From positions 1-64,000 of IMG/VR virus record IMGVR_UViG_3300017766_005465: a DNA stretch of 64,000 bases. One strand, written 5' to 3'. The position numbers and the translations under genes are program-made. Numbering within the stretch: position 1 is the stretch's first letter; each line of letters begins with the position of its first letter. The stretch is from a virus. The notes under the pieces are model-generated. The model was not told the DNA's origin. It did no database searches and saw only the letters and a program-made list of their open reading frames with translations. Shown here piece after piece: positions 58,624-64,000 of this stretch.

Positions 58624-60963
58624 TCACTCGGAAACGTAGATATTTCCGTCGGCGATGAAGTAGTTGTTCTTGATCAGGCCTAGGTACCCCGTCGGGGTGC
58701 TGTAGACGTCCGTCGAGGCCGTGAACTTGGAGGCCACGGTGGATGGCGTTGAGATCACGACGGCGGCGTTGCTCGTGTCCACCTCGATGATGCTGATGGT
58801 GGTGGAGTCGGGCCAGTTGGACAGTTCGGCTCCGGTGACTCCGATGCCTGTCGTCTTGATAAAGTCGTTTGACGGATTGCCCGCAGCGAAGAACAGCAGT
58901 GAGAGGATGTCGGAGGAGCTGCGGAAGTAGATCTTAACGGTTGTCGGGGAGGCGTAGGCGATACGGTCGATGGCGTATCTTCCCAGAGCGGCGGTTGCCG
59001 TGATCCTGTACCCGTAGCCGTAATTGGCCGAACCCGAACCGTCGGGTTTGAGCAGGTCGTAACCATTAGTACCACGGATCGAGCGGCCCTGGTTCGATCC
59101 GCCAACTCCCGTCATCGAAGAGACCGGTGCTGTGAGGGCGAATATGCCCGCCTCGAGCTGTGGCCTGCTCTCCACCACCTGGAGGTAGGTGGCCGGCGCC
59201 GACGTATTGTACTGGTAACTCGAGTTGAGCGGGTACACTCTGGCCACGATCGAGCCCGGGGTGACGGAGACAGGGAACCCACTGTCGGTCACCGTGAAGT
59301 AGGTCGGGGTCATGACCACGTCTCTCTTCACATCCAGACTCACCCGACTGTACTCGTTCTGGTACAGGTCGATGTTACGGATCACGGACCCGTTCTCGTT
59401 GAAGGTGAGGTTGCCCTCAGCGCTCCAGGTGTCGGACGCGTTGAGCCTGATCCCTGTCTCCCCGCAGTTGTCGACAATGTTGCTGTTGATGAGGGAAGCG
59501 TCGATGCCGGTAAAATCCACGGCGCCGGAGCAGTTCTGGAAGAGGTTGCCCTGGGCGATGATGCGGCTCGACTCGCGGATCTTGAGAGGCGAGATGTTCA
59601 TCTCGAAGGGTTTGGAGAGCTCGAATACTCTATTACCGGTGAAGTTGATCTTGTCCGAATCGAGGGAGTAGAGAGCGGCACCGGTTCCGTTGTAGAACGA
59701 GCAGTTAGAAACGCGGACGCCGTCGGCGTACTCGAGGGCGAGGGCGTCGTGGTACTTGTCACCGACTCCGTAGGTGTCGTTCTCAGGGAGGTTGATGGGG
59801 AAGGTCTCCGTCTTGTTCCCGTCGAATGCCAGTTCGCGAACGGTCACACCGCTTACACGGTTGGTTACGCCGGAGCCGAGCATGCCGATAAATCCGAACT
59901 GACCGGGCGGGTTGATGTGTGTGGGCATGCGCTTGAGCACCGAGGAGTCCCCGGAGCCTCTGAGCGTCACCCCACTATACTGGCTGGCCGGGATCTCGGA
60001 TCCGTACAGGGCAACGTTGCGCACCGAGTAGGTGCCGGTCGGGACGAATACGTCCTTGATGTTGTTGACGGCAGCGTAGTCTAGTGCCTCCTGGAGGGGC
60101 TTGGTGTCGTCGAATCTGAACTTGACGCGGATGGAGAGGTTGTCCAGGCCGGTAAAAACCCCGGACTCGGAGGCGGCGTCGGAGCACTCCAGGGTTCCTG
60201 AGATGCTCTTGCTGAGGATCTTGAGTCTGCGCTTGACGATGATCGTCTTCGCGGATATCGACCCAGCGGACACGGAGATGATGCCATCGAAGAGTTCGGG
60301 GCTGAACTCGCCTCCGAGCATACGGGCCTCGTCCCACGACGGGATCTGCAGGGACCCGCGGTCGTTAAAGGTGATGGAGGTGTTACCGCCGAGGATGTTG
60401 TTGCTGGGGATCCCGAGGAACTGGATCTGCCCTGGCCCCCACTGCCTGTAGATGACGGGCACCCACTCCGACGTGAGTCTGTTCAGGGAGAAGCGGACGT
60501 AGTTGTTCTCGTCGAACTGTGTCTGCGGGTCCTTGAAGACGTCGGAGAGCGTGAGCGTCTTAGCGTACGGGGAGAACTTGCCCGTGACTACGTTGAAGGC
60601 GTAGACGTAGTACTGAAGAGTCTTGCTGGTGGAGGTGCCGGACTGGACGACCGCTCCCACTCCCTCCGGGGCTCCGATGTTGGTGAGGATTCCGTCGTAC
60701 TCGCTCACCGACGGATTGGATGTATCCAGGTAGAAGAAAGCGTAGAGTTCCTGACCGACCTGGAAGTAGTCCTTCTCGTACTGTGTGTAGTCGGGGATCT
60801 CGCCGATGCTGATCACGGACCCGAATCCGTTAAGCCCTCTCACCCTGCCCTCGAAGTACTTATCCAGGCCAGCGGCTCCGAAGGACTTCACGTTGACGTA
60901 GGAGTTCCTGTCAGGGTCTACCTGAATGAGAGTCGATGTCTGTGTACGACCGATGTATCTCAT
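58624..60963 (-). CDS. Right-handed beta-helix (pectate-lyase-like) tailspike/structural protein
   Basis: NVKSFGAAG, DDTKPLQEALD, VFVPTGTY, LRGSG, FDGNK and parallel beta-helix repeats. Confidence 0.8.
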   Translation of the reverse strand: MRYIGRTQTSTLIQVDPDRNSYVNVKSFGAAGLDKYFEGRVRGLNGFGSVISIGEIPDYTQYEKDYFQVGQELYAFFYLDTSNPSVSEYDGILTNIGAPEGVGAVVQSGTSTSKTLQYYVYAFNVVTGKFSPYAKTLTLSDVFKDPQTQFDENNYVRFSLNRLTSEWVPVIYRQWGPGQIQFLGIPSNNILGGNTSITFNDRGSLQIPSWDEARMLGGEFSPELFDGIISVSAGSISAKTIIVKRRLKILSKSISGTLECSDAASESGVFTGLDNLSIRVKFRFDDTKPLQEALDYAAVNNIKDVFVPTGTYSVRNVALYGSEIPASQYSGVTLRGSGDSSVLKRMPTHINPPGQFGFIGMLGSGVTNRVSGVTVRELAFDGNKTETFPINLPENDTYGVGDKYHDALALEYADGVRVSNCSFYNGTGAALYSLDSDKINFTGNRVFELSKPFEMNISPLKIRESSRIIAQGNLFQNCSGAVDFTGIDASLINSNIVDNCGETGIRLNASDTWSAEGNLTFNENGSVIRNIDLYQNEYSRVSLDVKRDVVMTPTYFTVTDSGFPVSVTPGSIVARVYPLNSSYQYNTSAPATYLQVVESRPQLEAGIFALTAPVSSMTGVGGSNQGRSIRGTNGYDLLKPDGSGSANYGYGYRITATAALGRYAIDRIAYASPTTVKIYFRSSSDILSLLFFAAGNPSNDFIKTTGIGVTGAELSNWPDSTTISIIEVDTSNAAVVISTPSTVASKFTASTDVYSTPTGYLGLIKNNYFIADGNIYVSE

Positions 60964-60972
60964 TTTCTATCC

Positions 60973-61365
60973 TCAGAGGGTGGGGGAGCCGACAACGGCC
61001 GGGGTGTAGATAACGTAGGAGACTACCATGTCCGCGGAGTTAGCTCCACCGGCACTGTCCATCCACGCCTTGAGCGAGTCGCCTCTCTTCAGCACGAACT
61101 TGTTACCATCGATGACCTCGAAAGATACCTGGGAGGGGATGGCTACGTCGTAGAGCATGTAGGCCGCGGTTGCGCTGCCCGACTTCTGGAGCGTCATATT
61201 GAGCCCTCTTGTCGTCGAGGACTTGTTGGCCACCATCACCGACAGTATCATGGCGTAGCCATCGGCCGGGATGAGGGTACTATCGAAAACTGTCGTGGGT
61301 GAGCCTCCATTCGCCGAGATGCCGGAGTAGGTGGAGGAGTAGAAATTATTAACGGGATAGGTCAT
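60973..61365 (-). CDS. Small virion protein
   Basis: 130 aa beta-sandwich-like sequence (VANK...KFVLKRGDSL) in the structural operon. Confidence 0.6.
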   Translation of the reverse strand: MTYPVNNFYSSTYSGISANGGSPTTVFDSTLIPADGYAMILSVMVANKSSTTRGLNMTLQKSGSATAAYMLYDVAIPSQVSFEVIDGNKFVLKRGDSLKAWMDSAGGANSADMVVSYVIYTPAVVGSPTL

Positions 61366-61367
61366 GG

Positions 61368-61658
61368 TCAGCCGAAGATTAGGGAAGCTGTCTGGAAGTA
61401 GGTGATGCCCTCAAGCACCTCCTGCTTTCTCACGATGGACGCGAGGGTCTGGGGAACGGCCGAGCATTCCACCGATGACGCCGAGAGAAACAGGGGGGCG
61501 GAGTTCCCCAGGCCATCCTGAAGTTGCCCCTGTGACCGTCTCGTAGTCGTACTGAGATCGAATGGAATACCGTCGGTGTCCGGTTGGGCGTTGATGTTCG
61601 AGACTATAACGTTCGCGAACGTTTTTGATATCTCGAAGTCTTTGATGTTCGAGGCCAT
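61368..61658 (-). CDS. Hypothetical virion protein
   Basis: 96 aa, LQDGLGN motif. First gene after GTTTAAAG at 61702-61709. Confidence 0.6.
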   Translation of the reverse strand: MASNIKDFEISKTFANVIVSNINAQPDTDGIPFDLSTTTRRSQGQLQDGLGNSAPLFLSASSVECSAVPQTLASIVRKQEVLEGITYFQTASLIFG

Positions 61659-61694
61659 GGGGCGGTAAACTCCGGATTTTTAGTTTATAGAGCT

Positions 61695-61961
61695 ATGAGA
61701 ACTTTAAACGACTTGATAAGGATGACCAAAGCAGAACTCGCCCAACTGATCGAAGCTTACGCCGACTCCAAAGCCTCGGGGAATCGGTACCTCGTCCAGA
61801 AGATGATCGAGGAGCTGGAGCAGGCCCTCGACGAGGTCTGTGGCGGAACGGAGATTCCCCAACCCCCACTTCCTCCCCACGACCTGCCACCCCTCACCCC
61901 ACCGACCCACCCGGCACCTCCTCACCGCCCAGAGGAGATCCCCGCGATGGCGGGAGTCTGA
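61695..61961 (+). CDS. Hypothetical protein with Pro-rich tail
   Basis: 88 aa divergent ORF with genome-typical codon usage. Confidence 0.55.
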   Translation: MRTLNDLIRMTKAELAQLIEAYADSKASGNRYLVQKMIEELEQALDEVCGGTEIPQPPLPPHDLPPLTPPTHPAPPHRPEEIPAMAGV

Positions 61962-61968
61962 TACCACC

Positions 61969-62337
61969 ATGGTGATCACGAGACTGCGCGCGGGCAACAC
62001 CCAGTTCCCAGAGTCGAAGGAGGTCGGGGATGCCGTCGTCCTCGCCTCCGGCGACATACTCTGCTGGGACGGAGGGATGTGGCAGCTCGTGGGAGGGAGG
62101 TTCCTGCTCAAGGAGGTCCGGGACCTCTTCCTCGACTACATCAGAGGTGGGTGGCCGGATAGGAGCAGTGCGCTCTTCGACCTTCCCACCATGCTGGATC
62201 TTAGCGTATTTCTGGTAGACGGAGCCCCCACCGAGAAGATCCTAACCGACCCGAAAATGGTTGAAAGGTTTATCAGCAGAGTCGTTGAGGTTAGCGAGAG
62301 ATGCGAGAAAAGCCTCCAGGCTCTAAGATCAGAGTAG
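61969..62337 (+). CDS. Hypothetical protein
   Basis: Start placed at the ATG just after the upstream stop, with GGGAG upstream. Confidence 0.55.
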   Translation: MVITRLRAGNTQFPESKEVGDAVVLASGDILCWDGGMWQLVGGRFLLKEVRDLFLDYIRGGWPDRSSALFDLPTMLDLSVFLVDGAPTEKILTDPKMVERFISRVVEVSERCEKSLQALRSE

Positions 62338-62567
62338 TAGCGGAACACGTCGATCTTCCCTCTCTTGATAAGAAGTACCTGACCAACGACGTCTACGCCA
62401 TCTCCTACGAGGATGACGGGAGGGGGTACGTTGATCTAGCGCGGGGGAGGATGGTAGATGTCTTCGACGCCTACTACGATACTGGGTTCGTGGTGAAGCG
62501 GATCTGGCACGCTGGGGGGTACAGAAACCCCAAGCTCCACGAGTGCGAGCTCAGGGTCAAGGTCTGA
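62301..62567 (+). CDS. Hypothetical protein
   Basis: 88 aa (VDLARG.MVDVFDAYYD) overlapping the upstream gene. Confidence 0.55.
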   Translation: MREKPPGSKIRVVAEHVDLPSLDKKYLTNDVYAISYEDDGRGYVDLARGRMVDVFDAYYDTGFVVKRIWHAGGYRNPKLHECELRVKV

Positions 62568-62573
62568 GAGCTA

Positions 62574-62759
62574 CTAGTTCACGTGCTCGCTCACCGGCTG
62601 GGGGAGTGAAGAGAGTTGGAAATCCATCGCCTCGACGGCGCCCTCAAGCTTCAGTACGTGGGCCTCGCGTTGCGCCACGGCTTTGCGAAGCCGGTCGAGT
62701 TCCGAGCGGGCCTTGTCCAGCTGGGAGGAGAAGTTGTCTTTTAGTTCCTGGGGGTCCAT
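62574..62759 (-). CDS. Small coiled-coil protein
   Basis: 61 aa heptad pattern (LKLEGAVEAM). GGTTAAGG at 62791-62798 upstream. Confidence 0.6.
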   Translation of the reverse strand: MDPQELKDNFSSQLDKARSELDRLRKAVAQREAHVLKLEGAVEAMDFQLSSLPQPVSEHVN

Positions 62760-62792
62760 AGGGTAGTGGTTGGGTTGACGTACACTAGTACC

Positions 62793-63547
62793 TTAACCTG
62801 GACTTGGGTTATATGTCTGTCCTGGCGCCAGAGCGTAAAACTCCGAGATCAGCACGTAGTTCCCACCGACTGCTCCTTTTGAGAACCTGATGTAACGGGC
62901 GGTGAAATCTACGGGGTAAGTATAAATACCATCGGCCGGAAAAACATTGGGAAAGGCCTGACTTCCGTGGATTCCCGGAGTCGTAAACGCATAGGTCCAA
63001 TTTGTTCCATCGCCTGAATACTCAATATCTCTATTTTCTGACCACGTCCTGTTCCATCCTCCCGGAACATTCGAAGTGCCCGTTCCCGTAAAGCTGTACG
63101 AGGTGGCCACGCCAACAAGAACCAGGCCTGGGCTGCCGTCTCCGTTAACTATCTGGCCCTGACCAAACGTAGCGGTCAGCACTCGAGCCACGCAGCGTAA
63201 GAGCAACGGTGTCGTTGGTGCCCGGGTTTATGATATTGGGTTTTGCTACGCTCGGTACTCTAAGTACGAAGCCTTCAAGGCTCAGATTTATACTATCGAG
63301 TAGGTCATCGATCTCGTTCCGTGTGTATACTGTATTCTTGTCCGCCTTAACACTCAGCAGGGTCAGTATCTCTGACTTGGTGTAGAAATCCTGAAAACTG
63401 TACTCCGCGACCAACGACCCCCGACACCGACCCCCGGTACACGTTAGGGTTCAACTGGAACGGTTGCTGGAAGGGGTTCTGGTTTAGCGCCTGGGAGGAC
63501 GTGGGAAGGATCCTGCTCACCCCACTGTCATTGCATGAGTTTGGCAT
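62793..63547 (-). pseudogene. Fragmented fibre-like gene in three overlapping frames
   Basis: ORFs 63347-63547, 63145-63414 and 62793-63206 overlap. Only the first has an ATG start. Contains YTKSEI/YTRNEID fibre repeats and a discoidin-like C terminus. Confidence 0.5.
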
Positions 63548-63550
63548 AGG

Positions 63551-64000
63551 TTACTCCGTGGGGGGTTGCGGGAGGGCGTTGATCTCGGCTTGAGTGAGAA
63601 CACGCGGGGGAGGTTCGAGTTCCGCTCTCTCGTCCAGCGAGGGCGTTGGAGGCTTCAGTCTGTAGGGTGCCGGGACCTCGACAAAGTGCCCCTTCGAGCC
63701 GATCTGTACAACATCGTAGCCTAGCGCCGGATCCTTCTCCCTCTGGTACTCCAGGCATCTATTCACTCCGGTGGGTACGCAGTATACGCGTTGCCAGGCC
63801 GGGTCGTTGTGGTCGAAGTTGGAATTGGATTCCAGGGTTTCCTGGGTGGCGGGGATGTCCTGCTTGGCTATGTACAAGCAGACCGCATCGCCACACTCCC
63901 CGTCCACCAGGACCTCGTCCCCCTCGCGGTAGAAGAACTGTCTTCTCACCCGGGCCTCTTTCCACTTATCGGACGAGTTGTCCCTGAGGCACTTCTCCAG
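63551..64000 (-). CDS. Hypothetical Cys-containing protein (5' end probably outside the window)
   Basis: Frame continues upstream of 63949 toward the window edge. FYREGDEV...CLYIA motif. Confidence 0.55.
   Translation of the reverse strand: MEKCLRDNSSDKWKEARVRRQFFYREGDEVLVDGECGDAVCLYIAKQDIPATQETLESNSNFDHNDPAWQRVYCVPTGVNRCLEYQREKDPALGYDVVQIGSKGHFVEVPAPYRLKPPTPSLDERAELEPPPRVLTQAEINALPQPPTE

Noticed and set aside
1-64000. CRISPR array, tRNA genes, DGR/retron, stop-codon reassignment
   Set aside because: No spaced direct repeats, cloverleafs or reverse-transcriptase motifs were noticed by eye, and genes are full length in the standard code. tRNAscan and CRISPR finders were not run.

Overview
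This window is part of a large, non-T4-like contractile-tailed (myovirus) phage genome, most likely infecting cyanobacteria. The host inference rests on tandem glutamine riboswitches with a DUF4278-type peptide, a Mo-nitrogenase C-terminal-family gene, a SigF-like sigma factor and PhoH. About 1-17.7 kb is a replication and nucleotide-metabolism module: SF3 helicase, 5'-3' exonuclease, ThyA-fold enzyme, Dcm-like enzyme, dimeric dUTPase/dCTPase, NrdA fused to glutaredoxin, NrdB, HNH nucleases and a phosphoesterase. About 17.7-64 kb is mainly virion genes (fibres, baseplate J/I, spike, multi-enzyme hub) with TerL, thioredoxin, sigma factor, dNMP kinase and PhoH. The top candidate for a new system is a cytosine-modification pathway. 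It combines a ThyA homologue carrying the dCMP-specifying Asp, a gp56-like pyrophosphatase, a dNMP kinase, and an apparently late-expressed C5-methyltransferase homologue whose SAM-binding motifs are rewired while its catalytic motifs are intact. Other signals are two promoter classes (extended -10 and a GTTTAAAG motif), a shared N-terminal leader on unrelated proteins including nucleases, and a circularly permuted M23 domain. All assignments come from reading motifs by eye; no database searches were run.
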